DNA of 64,000 nucleotides from Macrostomum lignano (Eukaryota): NCBI GenBank assembly GCA_002269645.1, contig NIVC01003866.1, positions 1 to 64,000 of the forward strand, read 5' to 3'. Shown piece by piece: positions 47,375 to 60,939 of this stretch (position 1 is its first letter; each line of letters starts with the position of its first letter). The notes under the pieces were generated by a model. It saw only the letters and a program-made list of their open reading frames with translations, ran no database searches and was not told where the DNA came from. The position numbers and the translations under genes were made by a program.

Positions 47375-50300
47375 TGTACCTGTACCTGTCTATCCATCTA
47401 CCTGCACACCCACTCACCTGTCTATCCATCTACCTGCACACCCACTCACCTGTCCATCCATCTACCTGCACACCCACTCACCTGTCCATCCATCTACCTG
47501 CACACCCACTCACCTGTCTATCCATCTACCTGCACACCCACTCACCTGTCTATCCATCTACCTGCACACCCACTCACCTGTCTATCCATCTACCTGCACA
47601 CCCATTCACCTGTCTATCCATCTACCTGCACACCCATTCACCTGTCCATCCATCTACCTGCACACCCAGCCACCTGTCTATCCATCTACCTGCACACCCA
47701 TTCACCTGTCTATCCATCTACCTGCACACCCATTCACCTGTCCATCCATCTACCTGCACACCCATTCACCTGTCCATCCATCTACCTGCACACCCACTCA
47801 CCTGTCCATCCATCTACCTGCACACCCACTCACCTGTCCATCCATCTACCTGCACACCCACTCACCTGTCCATCCATCTACCTGCACACCCACTCACCTG
47901 TCCATCCATCTACCTGCACACCCATTCACCTGTCCATCCATCTACCTGCACACCCACTCACCTGTCCATCCATCTACCTGCACACCCATTCACCTGTCCA
48001 TCCATCTACCTGCACACCCAGCCACCTGTCTATCCATCTACCTGCACACCCATTCACCTGTCTATCCATCTAACTGCACACCCATTCACCTGTCTATCCA
48101 TCTACCTGCACACCCATTCACCTGTCTATCCATCTACCTGCACACCCACTCACCTGTCTATCCATCTACCTGCACACCCAGCCACCTGTCTATCCATCTA
48201 CCTGCACACCCACTCACCTGTCTATCCATCTACCTGCACACCCATTCACCTGTCTATCCATCTAACTGCACACCCACTCACCTGTCTATCCATCTACCTG
48301 CACACCCATTCACCTGTCTATCCATCTACCTGCACACCCATTCACCTGTCTATCCATCTACCTGCACACCCATTCACCTGTCTATCCATCTACCTGAACA
48401 CTCAGCCACCTGTCTATCCATCTACCTGCACACCCAGCCACCTGTCTATCCATCTACCTGCACACCTATTCACCTGTCTATCCATCTAACTGCACACCCA
48501 TTCACCTGTCTATCCATCTACCTGCACACCCACTCACCTGTCTATCCATCTACCTGCACACCCAGCCACCTGTCTATCCATCTACCTGCACACCCACTCA
48601 CCTGTCTATCCATCTACCTGCACACCCATTCACCTGTCTATCCATCTAACTGCACACCCACTCACCTGTCTATCCATCTACCTGCACACCCATTCACCTG
48701 TCTATCCATCTACCTGCACACCACCCACTCACCTGTCTATCCATCTACCTGCACACCCATTCACCTGTCTATCCATCTACCTGCACACCCACTCACCTGT
48801 CTATCCATCTACCTGCACACCCACTCACCTGTCTATCCATCTAACTGCACACCCACTCACCTGTCTATCCATCTACCTGCACACCCACTCACCTGTCTAT
48901 CCATCTACCTGCACACCCATTCACCTGTCTATCCATCTACCTGCACACCCACTCACCTGTCTATCCATCTACCTGCACACCCACTCACCTGTCTATCCAT
49001 CTACCTGCACACCCATTCACCTGTCTATCCATCTAACTGCACACCCACTCACCTGTCTATCCATCTACCTGCACACCCATTCACCTGTCTATCCATCTAC
49101 CTGCACACCCATTCACCTGTCTATCTATCTACCTGAACACTCAGCCACCTGTCTATCCACCCACCTGAACACTCAGCCACCTGTCTATCCATCTACCTGC
49201 ACACCCATTCACCTGTCTATCCATCTACCTGCACACCCACTCACCTGTCTATCCATCTACCTGCACACCCACTCACCTGTCTATCCATCTAACTGCACAC
49301 CCACTCACCTGTCTATCCATCTACCTGAACACTCAGCCACCTGTCTATCCACCCACCTGAACACTCAGCCACCTGTCTATCCATCTACCTGCACACCCAT
49401 TCACCTGTCTATCCATCTACCTGAACACTCAGCCACCTGTCTATCCACCCACCTGAACACTCAGCCACCTGTCTATCCATCTACCTGCACACCCATTCAC
49501 CTGTCTATCCATCTACCTGCACACCCACTCACCTGTCTATCCATCTACCTGCACACCCATTCACCTGTCTATCCATCTACCTGCACACCCATTCACCTGT
49601 CTATCCATCTACCTGCACACCCATTCACCTGTCTATCCATCTACCTGCACACCCATTCACCTGTCTATCCATCTACCTGCACACCCACTCACCTGTCTAT
49701 CCATCTACCTGCACACCCATTCACCTGTCTATCCATCTACCTGAACACTCAGCCACCTGTCTATCCACCCACCTGAACACTCAGCCACCTGTCTATCCAT
49801 CTACCTGCACACCCATTCACCTGTCTATCCATCTACCTGCACACCCACTCACCTGTCTATCCATCTACCTGCACACCCACTCACCTGTCTATCCATCTAC
49901 CTGCACACCCATTCACCTGTCTATCCATCTACCTGCACACCCATTCACCTGTCTATCCATCTACCTGCACACCCATTCACCTGTCTATCCATCTACCTGC
50001 ACACCCATTCACCTGTCTATCCATCTAACTGCACACCCATTCACCTGTCTATCCATCTACCTGCACACCCATTCACCTGTCTATCCATCTACCTGCACAC
50101 CCACTCACCTGTCTATCCATCTACCTGCACACCCACTCACCTGTCTATCCATCTAACTGCACACCCACTCACCTGTCTATCCATCTACCTGCACACCCAT
50201 TCACCTGTCTATCCATCTACCTGCACACCCATTCACCTGTCTATCCATCTACCTGCACACCCACTCACCTGTCTATCCATCTACCTGCACACCCACTCAC

Positions 50301-50880
50301 CTGTCTATCCATCTACCTGCACACCCACTCACCTGTCTATCCATCTACCTGCACACCCATTCACCTGTCTATCCACCCACCTGCACACCCAGCCACCTGT
50401 CCATCCACCCACCTGCACACTCAGCCACCTGTCCATCCACCCACTTGCACACTCAGCCACCTGTCCACCCACCCACCTGCACACCCACTTACCTGTCCAT
50501 CCACCCACCTGCACACCCAGCCACCTGTCCATCCACCCACCTGCACACTCAGCCACCTGTCCACCCACCCACCTGCACACCCACTTACCTGTCCATCCAC
50601 CCACCTGCACACCCAGCCACCTGTCCATCCACCCACCTGCACACTCAGCCACCTGTCCACCCACCCACCTGCACACCCACTTACCTGTCCATCCACCCAC
50701 CTGCACACTCAGCCACCTGTCCATCCACCCACCTGAACACTCAGCCACCTGTCCGTCCACCCACCTGCACACCCAGCCACCTGTCCGTCCACCCACCTGC
50801 ACACTCAGCCACCTGTCCATCCACTCACCTGCACACCCACTCACCTGTCTATCCACCCACCTGCACACCCAGCCACCTGC
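47375..50880. repeat. 32-bp satellite, ~110 units; remnant units at 51905-52000
   Basis: ACCTGTCTATCCATCTACCTGCACACCCACTC units. Confidence 0.97.
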
Positions 50881-52273
50881 TCAGCCCATCAATGTACAAG
50901 TGCTGGTGCACTTTCAAACCAGCGGTGACCTCGCACACCAGCCTTGGAGCTGACGGCATCGCTGAAATTCCAACTGACTTTATTTTGCATTTTTGGCCGG
51001 CAGCGGCGCTGCCATAAATTTGGAGCTAAAATTAGAAAATTATGCGAAGCCGCTTTTTATTTGACCAAAAAAGTCGGCAATTCTGGGAAACTTTCGAGAG
51101 AAAAAAGATAAAATTTGCGGACAGTTTTTGAATTGAAGCAGTTTTTACTGAGCAGCCAACTCAACTGTGCCCGGCACGGACTCGGAGCTTCCCCGGGCCC
51201 GAAATTCAAAAGGCCTGCCCTGCGCCTTTGTAAAATCAATAAGGCGCTCAAAGAGTTTGAACCCCGAGTCCAAGGGTTGAATTTGATGAAGCAAAAGATA
51301 ATGGGTGGAATTGCTGGTTTTGTTCCTAATTCTGCGGGATGAGGCAAATATTTGCTGAGCTCTCGGCGCATTGTTCTCCTCAGCTTCTTTTTCTGTCCGA
51401 GTTGCTTGGGGGGGGGGTGTTGCTTCAAGCGGGCTCTTCATCATCCAGCAAATATTGGCAACTGAAAGAGCGAGTGGCTTTACAGCCTGAATCGCTCTCT
51501 CAATTGCGCTTGGCTCCGCGCCGTTACTTTTTTTGAGCAATGGGTAGCGATGACGCTGGGAGGCTGGGCTGCCAAAGTCATTGTCTGTGTTGTCAAGCCC
51601 CAAAGCGCGAACGCAGACCTGCAGCAGCGCCCGTGTTTTCGCACAGTTGTGTCTGTCTGCTTTTTTGAGAACCGCCATCTGCATCTCAATGAGGGCGAGC
51701 GTTCGCAGTGAAACTCGGGGCGCGAGTTTCCTGCTCTGCGCATGCGGGATCACGATTTCTCGGTCACTTTCGATCGATCGGCAGCTGGCCCGGTGCGACT
51801 CTGCATTGTGCCGAGGGCCTCATCTCTTCAGATCACTGGGAGACCGACTTTTCCCCGGTTCTTGCATTGCACTTTTCGGGCACTTTAATCCCTGACCAGG
51901 TGTTTTAATTGTCTATCCATCCGCCTGCACACCCACTCACCTGTCTATCCACCCGCCTGCACACCTACTCGCCTGTCTATCCATCCACCTGCTCACCCAC
52001 CAACCTATTACTAATTAGGAGGATCAATTCAATACTCGAGTTGTTTCAGTGCCAAGTTTAGCTTATAAAAAAACAAAAACTGCAAGAGTCTGAAGCAGCA
52101 ATTTATCTGTGTGCAAATTCGACTAATGCGAAACTCGCCGAGACGGCAATGCGTGGCCGTGGATCGCGGGAGCAATCTTAGATTTTAATTAGTACATAAT
52201 AACTTGCACAAATATTTTGAGTCTGCCAATGATCTCAGCCAGGACTGACATGGCCGGTTCGTCCCGAGGAAAT

Positions 52274-53237
52274 TCACTGCCGGGGCACCGGCACGCAGGT
52301 GGACTTGCACTCCCCTACCGCGCACATGTAGCTGGGGCTGCGGTACTGCGCCATGCAGTCCACGTGGTTGAAGCACTGCACCTCGAAGGCCTCGCAGCCG
52401 CCGCCTGAGTTGTAGAGAAACCGCTTGGCCCGCGGGCCCGCCAGCTCGCCGAGGCCTGTGGGAGGGAGTTGCTTTGGCTTTGATTAATCTGTTTTAAAGT
52501 TGGTTGCTAGTCTAGCCAAAACGTGAATTAATAATGAAGATTCTACTTAATTCCATCCGAGTTCAGCTCAAAGCTTCAGTCCGTACGACTTGGATCTGTC
52601 TATCTGGTTCGAACCCCGTCCCAGCCCGAGTTCGAACCCCAAGCCTGAGTTCGAACCCCCAGCCCGAGTTCGAAACCCCCCAGCCCGAGTTCGAACCCCC
52701 AGCGCGAGTTAGAACCCACCAGCCCGAGTTCGAACCCCCAGCGCGAGTTAGAACCCACCAGCCCGAGTTCGAACCCCCAGCGCGAGTTAGAACCCACCAG
52801 CCCGAGTTCGAAACCCCCCAGCCCGAGTTCGAACCCCCAGCGCGAGTTAGAACCCACCAGCCCGAGTTCGAACCCCCAGCGCGAGTTAGAACCCACCAGC
52901 CCGAGTTCGAACCCCCAGCGCGAGTTAGAACCCACCAGCCCGAGTTCAAACCCCCAGCGCGAGTTCGAACCCCCCCCAACCCGAGTTCGAACCCCCTCCC
53001 AGCCCGAGTTCGAACCCCCCAGCCCGAGTTCGAACCCCCCCAGCCCGAGATCGAACCCCCAGCCCGAGTTCGAACCCCCCCCCCCAGCCCGAGTTCGAAC
53101 CCCCAGCCCGAGTTCCAACCCCCCCAGCCCGAGATCGAACCCGCGGATCTCGCGACGCGAACGGCGCTGGCCGCGCCTTCCTGCTGAGCTGCCAGCAGCA
53201 GGACCAGTAGGGCGATGATGGCGTGCAGAGGCTGCAT
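52274..53237 (-). CDS. Secreted cysteine-rich prepropeptide (92 aa): signal peptide, RAKR furin site, 48-aa mature peptide with 6 Cys
   Basis: Exon 1 53237-53141 (MQPLHAIIALLVLLLAAQQEGAASAVRVARSA-G), phase-1 GT..AG intron, exon 2 52455-52274 (GLGELAGPRAKR FLYNSGGGCEAFEVQCFNHVDCMAQYRSPSYMCAVGECKSTCVPVPRQ*). The donor GTTCGA is weak. Confidence 0.8.
52612..53140. repeat. ~19-21-bp minisatellite in the peptide-gene intron
   Basis: CAGCCCGAGTTCGAACCCC and CAGCGCGAGTTAGAACCCAC units. Confidence 0.93.
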
Positions 53238-54009
53238 TGCGCTCGTTTGCTTCTTCTGTTGTTGGCTTTAGTGATGTTGCAGATTCTGCGGAGGTCAGAG
53301 GTCAGAATGTAGGGTTGGCGGCAACTCGTGGGATCGAGGCGGAGTCTTCCCAGCAACCGCCAAAAGGCCACAGAGAGTGCTCGTAGAGTTTCCCCAATAT
53401 TTCCCCAAACCAAGACCAGCTTTAAAGACTTTGGCTCCCAATCGGCCCCAATTTGAATATTTCAGGAGCCACGCCGCTGGCCCACAAAAATCCCAGTCTG
53501 AATTTTTCATGAACTCTGCGGAGCTGCAGACCAACTAGTTGTCCCCAGTGGGAATTCAGGGGATAACTAACTAACGCTGTCCATTTCAAACGCAAACTCT
53601 GCAAAGTGCTCGCCCAGGCAATCATCGTCTTACCGAAGTGTCGCCGTTGCCAGGTGGTGCCGAGGTATCCGAGAGAGACTTGCAGGAAGCGAATTCGAGC
53701 TGGGAATGGCCGCTGTCGCTTTTAACTTGCTGTCAGGAGCCGGCGGGGTGGCTGACTGGGGGGGGGGAGGGGGGCAGCCCAGGCCAATGGTGGAGCGGGT
53801 ACTGCCAACTTTTTCTATTGGATTTTTTGGTATTGATCAATATGCAAGTCAAGGTGTGAGATTAATGCCATGCAGTCCGAGAGTGAGATTCGAACTCCCG
53901 ATAGGTCCAGACAGTGTTCTGAGTGAGATCTCAGAGTCAGGCTGAGCAAGGGGCAAGGGCATCATCCAGTGCTCACACACTCTAGAAGTTCTGTTTAACT
54001 ATAAAACCA

Positions 54010-54215
54010 TTGCATAGCCTAGTGGTTAAGAGCATCAGACTCACGACTTGAAGGTTCAGGGGTTCGATTCCCGATCCCCACTGGAACAATTTGTGTCCTT
54101 GAGCAAAACACTATACTTAACTCTGCATTGCTTCAGTTCACCCAGCTGTAAATTGGTTACCAGCATTAGCTGAGGTAGCTGAGGGTGTGGTGACCCGCCA
54201 TGCAGTCCTTGGACT
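54010..54215 (+). mobile_element. tRNA-derived CORE-like SINE
   Basis: A box TAGCCTAGTGG (~54015), B box GGTTCGATTCC (54061-54071), then GTGTCCTTGAGCAA..CACT..CTTAAC..CTTCAGT...CTGTAAA resembling the CORE domain. Confidence 0.75.
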
Positions 54216-55034
54216 GAACAGCCGTACGCAGCCTTCAGATGCATCAAGTGGGCCCAGTTGGGCAGGTGTAATCAATTATAATAATAATTATTTTTACACG
54301 AAGTATGAGATTCGCTTCACATTCCTTTCTTGCTACTCGTCAGTAGGCGATGGGAAGCATGTGAATGCATGTGCATATCCCATTTATTCAGCAGGTTGCA
54401 TGTAACAAATGAGATCAGCAAATGCGTGTTATTTTCAGGGCAAACTAAAACCAGCCGAGAAAATACATGTCACATTGGCGCTCAGCATTGTGTCTTTGCA
54501 TGGCAGCACTGACATCTCCCAGCTTCAATTGGCGCCCCATCAAACAGACCCTGCTGACTCGCCCCTGGTGCCACGGCAATTTTGCATGCCAATGCTTCTT
54601 TGAGGCGCACAGATCTGGATCACCAATGCAGATAACAACAGAAAACTGCGAACAGCACAAGCCAACCGCTTTTTTACCCAAGAGATGCCTGTCTGCAAGA
54701 AGGGAAAAAAACACTGAGAACCCAGAATGTCATTATGCTAATCAATTGAAGCTCGCAAGTGAAACTTTTCCGACCCCAGTTTAGCGTCGGATTACAGAAA
54801 ATGTAATTTAAATTGCGGATAGAAATTTGATCGATATCGAAATGGCTCGCTCCCAACTCCCCAACAACAGCGTGATGATTGTTCCAATATCAAATTGGTT
54901 TGCTTCATTGCAACTGAGAATTAGCTTTGCTTTTGCACTGCTAATTTAAAAGTGCTTTTCCTTCCCAGTTTTTGGTGCGACATCAAAGCGTTCTGAAACT
55001 TTTCTGATTCTATTCATTCCACTGAGAGCTGTCA

Positions 55035-56505
55035 GGTAAATGGGATCTGTCAGAGTCAGGTAATGGGGTCTGTCAATATCAGGTAATGGGAACTGTCAGT
55101 GTCTGGAGGCGGGATCTTTCAGTGTCAGGAGCCGGGATTTTTAGTGTCAGTGAGGTAATAGGATCATTCAGTGTCAGGGAGCGGGATCTGTCAGTGTCAG
55201 GTAATGGGATCTGTCAGTGTCAGGTAATAGAAACTGTCAGTGTCAGGTAATGGGGTCTGTCAATATCAGGTAATGGGGTCTGTCAGTGTCAGGTAATGGG
55301 AACTGTCAGAGTCAGGTAATGGGGTCTGTCAGTGTAAGGTAATGGGAACTGTCAGAGTCAGGTAATGGGGTCTGTCAGTGTCAGGTAATGGGAACTGTCA
55401 GTGTCAGGTAATGGGGTCTGTCAGTGTCAGGTAATAGAAACTGTCAGTGTCAGGTAATGGGAACTGTCAGTGTCAGGTAATGGGAACTGTCAGTGTCAGG
55501 TAATGGGATCTGTCAGTGTCAGGTAATAGAAACTGTCAGTGTCAGGTGATGGGTCTGTCAGTGTCAGGTAATGGGAACTGTCAGAGTCAGGTAATGGGAA
55601 CTGTCAGAGTCAGGTAATGGGGTCTGTCAGTGTCAGGTAATGGGAACTGTCAGAGTCAGGTAATGGGAACTGTCAGTGTCAGGTAATGGGGTCTGTCAGT
55701 GTCAGGTAATGGGATCTGTTAGTGTCAGGTAATAGAAACTGTCAGTGTCAGGTAATGGGGTCTGTCAGTGTCAGGTAATGGGAACTGTCAGAGTCAGGTA
55801 ATGGGGTCTGTCAGTGTCAGGTAATGGGGTCTGTCAGTGTCAGGTAATAGAAACTGTTAGTGTCAGGTAATGGGGTCTGTCAGTGTCAGGTAATGGGGTC
55901 TGTCAGTGTCAGGTAATAGAAACTGTTAGTGTCAGGTAATGGGGTCTGTCAGTGTCAGGTAATAGAAACTGTCAGTGTCAGGTAATGGGGTCTGTCAGTG
56001 TCAGGTAATGGGAACTGTCAGAGTCAGGTAATGGGGTCTGTCAGTGTCAGGTAATGGGGTCTGTCAGTGTCAGGTAATAGAAACTGTTAGTGTCAGGTAA
56101 TGGGGTCTGTCAGTGTCAGGTAATGGGATCTGTCAGTGTCAGGTAATAGAAACTGTCAGTGTCAGGTAATGGGATCTGTCAGTGTCAGGTAATAGAAACT
56201 GTCAGTGTCAGGTAATGGGATCTGTCAGTGTCAGGTAATAGAAACTGTCAGTGTCAGGTAATGGGGTCTGTCAGTGTCAGGTAATGGGAACTGTCAGAGT
56301 CAGGTAATGGGGTCTGTCAGTGTCAGGTAATAGAAACTGTCAGTGTCAGGTAATGGGAACTGTCAGTGTCAGGTAATGGGGTCTGTCAGTGTCAGGTAAT
56401 GGGAACTGCCAGTGTCAGGTAATGGGGTCTGTCAGTGTCAGGTAATAGAAACTGTCAGTGTCAGGTAATGGGGTCTGTCAGTGTCAGGAGGTGGGATCAG
56501 CCAGT
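55035..56505. repeat. 23-bp minisatellite, ~60 units
   Basis: CTGTCAGTGTCAGGTAATGGGGT units. Confidence 0.97.
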
Positions 56506-57469
56506 GTCAGGATGCGGGATCTGTCAGAGTCAGCTCCTTAACAGTCAGTTCAACGGCAGTAAGAGAAGCCCAGAGTCGAAAGCCAAATATTCAATTAGCG
56601 TGATAAGCAGATGGCTTGCACACAAAACCAGCAGCAGGCTGTATAATTATCAATGCTCATCCACAAAAGTTTAAGTTAGCAACAAGAATTTGTGAGAGAA
56701 AAAATATATAATTACAGCACTTTGTATTTTCATAATTTCTTTTCCTTTTGCTAAAAAACGGACTCAAGCGACAGGGGGGGGGCGAGTTTAATTAACACAA
56801 TGAGCAGCCCAGCGCGTGAAGATAAAAAAATCAAAATGATGAAGAACAGATTGCATGGGATTTGCATGCAGCATAGCAACTGAAAATCTGCAGTCGACGG
56901 CACCAAATGAAAATTCAATTGAAGTGGCGAGGCCCTCCCTGGACTGCTCAACTTTACAGAGTTGCACAAACAACTCGCAATTCATTAGTGTCATTATTAA
57001 GGACTGCGGACTCGCTTATTTGGGATTTTTAAAACCTTTTTTTTCTTACGCAGAGATTGGACACTACTGCAAGTAGGGAGAGTTGACTAGTACTATATAT
57101 TATCTATTTAATTAGTAATTTGCATGCAGGTATAATAAATAAATAATGATGATAAAATAGAAGAAAAAATGACATCAACAGTTTGCTATATACAGATTGG
57201 AACATTATAGAATTTTAGAACTGCTGTGCACATGATTATCATTAAACAGGCGGGCAAGGCACTCGCGGGGATCTGTGCTAGTCGGGGATTAGCTTTGGTT
57301 AGAAGATGCCCAGTGGGATTGAAGCTACGAGCTCGTAAATCAGCATTGTCAGATTTGGCAGGAAATATTCGAATACACAAGCAGACAGCAAGCCTGTTAA
57401 TTTCAAATAAGAATTAATAAGTTTTCGTTGATGGGCCACTCAGGCATATTTACTTAGTAAAACAGCTTT

Positions 57470-58277
57470 CTACTTTCAGTTCAGTAGCAAGGAAGTATAC
57501 ATAAGCTATTTTATAAAAAGAAAGGCAGCTGAAATGACTTTGATAAGTTTAGAAGCCCAAGCTTGCAGGCGTAAACAGCTTGCTAATTGGTTCAGCAATA
57601 ATGTACATTAGCCAGTCCACTGAAATGTACACGGCAGCTTTAGGCTGGAATTCCGAGAATGGCAATAAAAATTGGGGCGGGACGGGGGGGTAGTGTGGAA
57701 AAGCGCGGTTGGAGGGTTTAAGCTGGGAATGGAGGGGGGTTAAGAGCCAATAAATGAGCTTTGGCTTTAAAAATGCTTCAGTTTAACATACTACTGAACT
57801 AAAAGTAGCTTACACGCAAATGTGCTGTGCGGCCCATCTAGTTATTCTAGTATTTGTGGTGATAACACGACTTTTGGATGACTTTTTTGCGGCTCTTACG
57901 ATTCTGCAATTCACGTGATGCGCTTGTGTCTCAACAGTCGCCTCACCGTCGTATTGCAGTCGTTTGAGTCACAAGTCACAAGAGTCGCCCCAGAGCCAGT
58001 TCTTGTCACGATAAAGTTATCAACGGGCAAAGGCGACCACAGATGCTATTTTTAATAACTAGACGCGTCACTTAGGCAAATATATGGGCTTTTACTACTT
58101 TCAGTTCAGTAGTAAGGAAGAAGGCAGTTGCAGATGGAAATGACATGTTATTAGTGCATCTGTCATGTACATCCACTTGGCAGCTTGGGGGGAGGGGGGT
58201 AAGATGACGAAAAAACCTGTGCCGCCCTAAAATACATTAAAATGCTTCTATTTAACTTACTACTGAACTGAAAGTAG
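57470..58277. repeat. Two related fold-back (MITE-like) elements, 57470-57808 and 58095-58277
   Basis: Each is bounded by CTACTTTCAGTTCAGTAG ... CTACTGAACT(G/A)AAAGTAG inverted repeats; their flanks are also duplicated. Confidence 0.65.
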
Positions 58278-58351
58278 TTTAAACGCAAATGTGCTGAGTG
58301 GCCCATCTAGTTATTTTAGTCACTGTACTCTAATAAAGTGTTAATGAGAGC

Positions 58352-59564
58352 TCACAGCCGGTTGCCAGGAGCCTGCCTGCCCTGCTGCTGCTGGCTGTAC
58401 TGTGTCAGCACCTGCTGTAGCGCCTGTACAGACAGCTCGTGCACCGTCTGCGGCCGGCACTGCTCCTCCAGCCAGGTGATTACGCAGCCGGACAGCTCGG
58501 CGAAGCTGCCAGCCGACGTGGACCGGTCGAAGCCGGCGAACAGCTGGTCCATCACGGACTGGAACACGCTGAACTTCACCTGCTCCGGCAGCGGCTGCGA
58601 CTGCGGCGAGGAGGCGGCCGCAGCCCCGCCAGATGCTCCGGCACTGCTCACAAAGTGCTCATAGTTCATCTTCATTATCTTCAGCGCCATCACCTGCAGT
58701 TGGTAGACAGGTTTACTTATTAGCTATGATTTATGAGCAACTTGTAATGTATATCACTAGGTAGAATCCCTAGATCAAGGCTGGAATGGCACTCATCAAG
58801 GCTGGAATGGCACTCATCAGTACTAGAATTGCACTTATCAAGGCTGGAATGGCACTCATCAATACAAGAATGGCACTCATCAAGGCTGGAATGGCACTCA
58901 TCAAGTCTGGAATGGCACTCATCAATACTAGAATGGTACTCATCAATACTAGAATGGCACTCATCAATACTAGAATGGCACTCATCAATACTAGAATGGC
59001 ACTCATCAATACTAGAATGGCACTCATCAAAGCTAGTATAATACCCTCTTGGCACCCTCGCACCTCTTTGTGCAGTTTGTCCAGCTCGCGCTCCTGCAAC
59101 TCCTTCTGCTTGGCCAGATGCTCCATGTGCCTGATTGACCTCTGCAAGATGGACGCTTTGCTCAGCGACTTGGCGTTAGTTTCTCCAGACCCGCCACCAG
59201 CAGCGGCAGCGCCGCCGGCAGCCGAGGCGCTGGGCGCGGCGCCAACCAGCTCGTACAGCTTGTCATAGCCCTGCTTGATGGCGTCCCTGCGCTTCTGCTC
59301 GGCCTGCGTGTGCAGCTCGCGCCTCCGGTCCTTCACCAGCGCGGCTGAATCATGCGAGAAGTCGCCACCACCACCGGCGCCGCCGCTGTTGCTGCTGTCC
59401 AGCAGCATGTCCTCCCGGTCGGAGAGGCTCGGGGACCGATGGCCGCTGCGGCCGCCGCCAGCACTGCCGCCGGAGGCCTGCAGAGCGCGGGATCTGCTGC
59501 TGTGCTGACCGCTGACCTGGCGCTGCAGCAAGTTGTTAAAGCAGCTAATTTTCTTGCTCTGCAT
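58352..59564 (-). CDS. MLX: Max-like protein X (bHLH-ZIP)
   Basis: KDRRRELHTQAEQKRRDAIKQGYD, LSKASILQ, VMALKIMKMNYE, QVKFSVFQ.VMDQLF, SF.ELSGCV..WLEEQCRPQT. Exons ~59564-59064 and 58693-58352; the 5' start is uncertain. Confidence 0.92.
58780..59035. repeat. 21-bp minisatellite in the MLX intron
   Basis: TGGCACTCATCAATACTAGAA units. Confidence 0.93.
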
Positions 59565-60939
59565 GCTACTTACTTTCAGTAGGCAGCTCACAGTTCGCTC
59601 ATCTTAATTTTATTGTTCCTATTTTTTATTTCAAATAAAGTAAAAACAGCTTGGCTTCTGTGAAAAAAGCATCAAAAAGTTAAAAGCCTGACTATTGTTG
59701 TCAACTTACATTACTTTAAGAATCTCAACCAAAATATAAGTTTGATGAATCTTAATATTTGCTAACAATTAATTCTACATTTTGCAATGTTTTATTTCAA
59801 ATTAAAATTTTAACTACTTTTTAAAAATATTAACAAATTATTGAAATTGTTACGAATGAAAAAATAAAATCTTAGAATTATTAATAGCAATAATAAACAA
59901 TCTTTTATTTTAAATTTTATAAGCATGTATCTAACAACAAGTGATATATGCTAATAAAAAAACTAAGTTTATTTGCCACAAAGCTTGCCTCTTGTCTTAT
60001 ACTAAGCAAAGTAGGCATTGCAAAATCTTTTTGCATATATGTTAATTATTGGTTTAGCCTTGTGGTAGAAACTCTAGATGCAAAATATCTTTTGCATCAA
60101 AGAAACATAGCATAAGCTTCATTTTTTACTTTGATTACTAAAAATACTATTTCTTCATAGGTTTTTATGATCCTGTCTGCCTCTATTCAAGATTCTGGCA
60201 CTTAAGTTCAAAATAAGTTATTTGCCTAGTCTAGCTCACTAAGATTTTTTAATTCCAAAAACTCATAGAGGGGTTGATAGTCATTTTGTCTGCTTCCAGT
60301 TTGTGTACCCCTCTTGTCTGCCAAAATACAATATAGTTAATAGAGGTAGCAGAAAAATGATTACATACCCAAGGAGGTACTCAAAAGAATTAATTTCTTA
60401 TTTAAACACTAAATAAGAGAGCCATAAACATTGGACTTTAGACTTTAGATAGCTAAAGCAAGGGGTCCACAAGCTTAAGGAAAGAAGCAAAGCAAAGAAA
60501 CAAAGGAAAAGAGTGGCTGCTGACTGCAAGAGTGTATTTATAATTGGTAGGTAAACAAGATAATAACAAGCTTAATCCAAAAACTAGACTACCCCTTAGC
60601 TTAGGCACAATAAAATATGATTGATAAAAAACAAGTATTGTGCAGGAATACTATAAAGTCAATACATATACATAGACAGATGGAACTACTTTACAATAAA
60701 TATTTCAATATGCAAGAAATACAAATAATACTAGAATAAATACATACAAGGCTATTGATATAGTGATATAGTAATAATTGCTTATATTATGTATATTACT
60801 CATTAAATGCGTTATGAAAATTATATATCCCTTTAATAGCAAAATATTTCTGTCTATTTGATCATTAAAAGTAGCCTAAATATCGTTTTTTGTCTCAAAT
60901 ATGCTTATAGTGCCTCCTATTTTTAAAGTTTTGTTATGA

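Noticed and set aside
51057-51753. ORFs of 123-202 aa as a host gene
   Set aside because: No splice structure or recognisable domain; codon style unlike host exons; more likely a decayed element.
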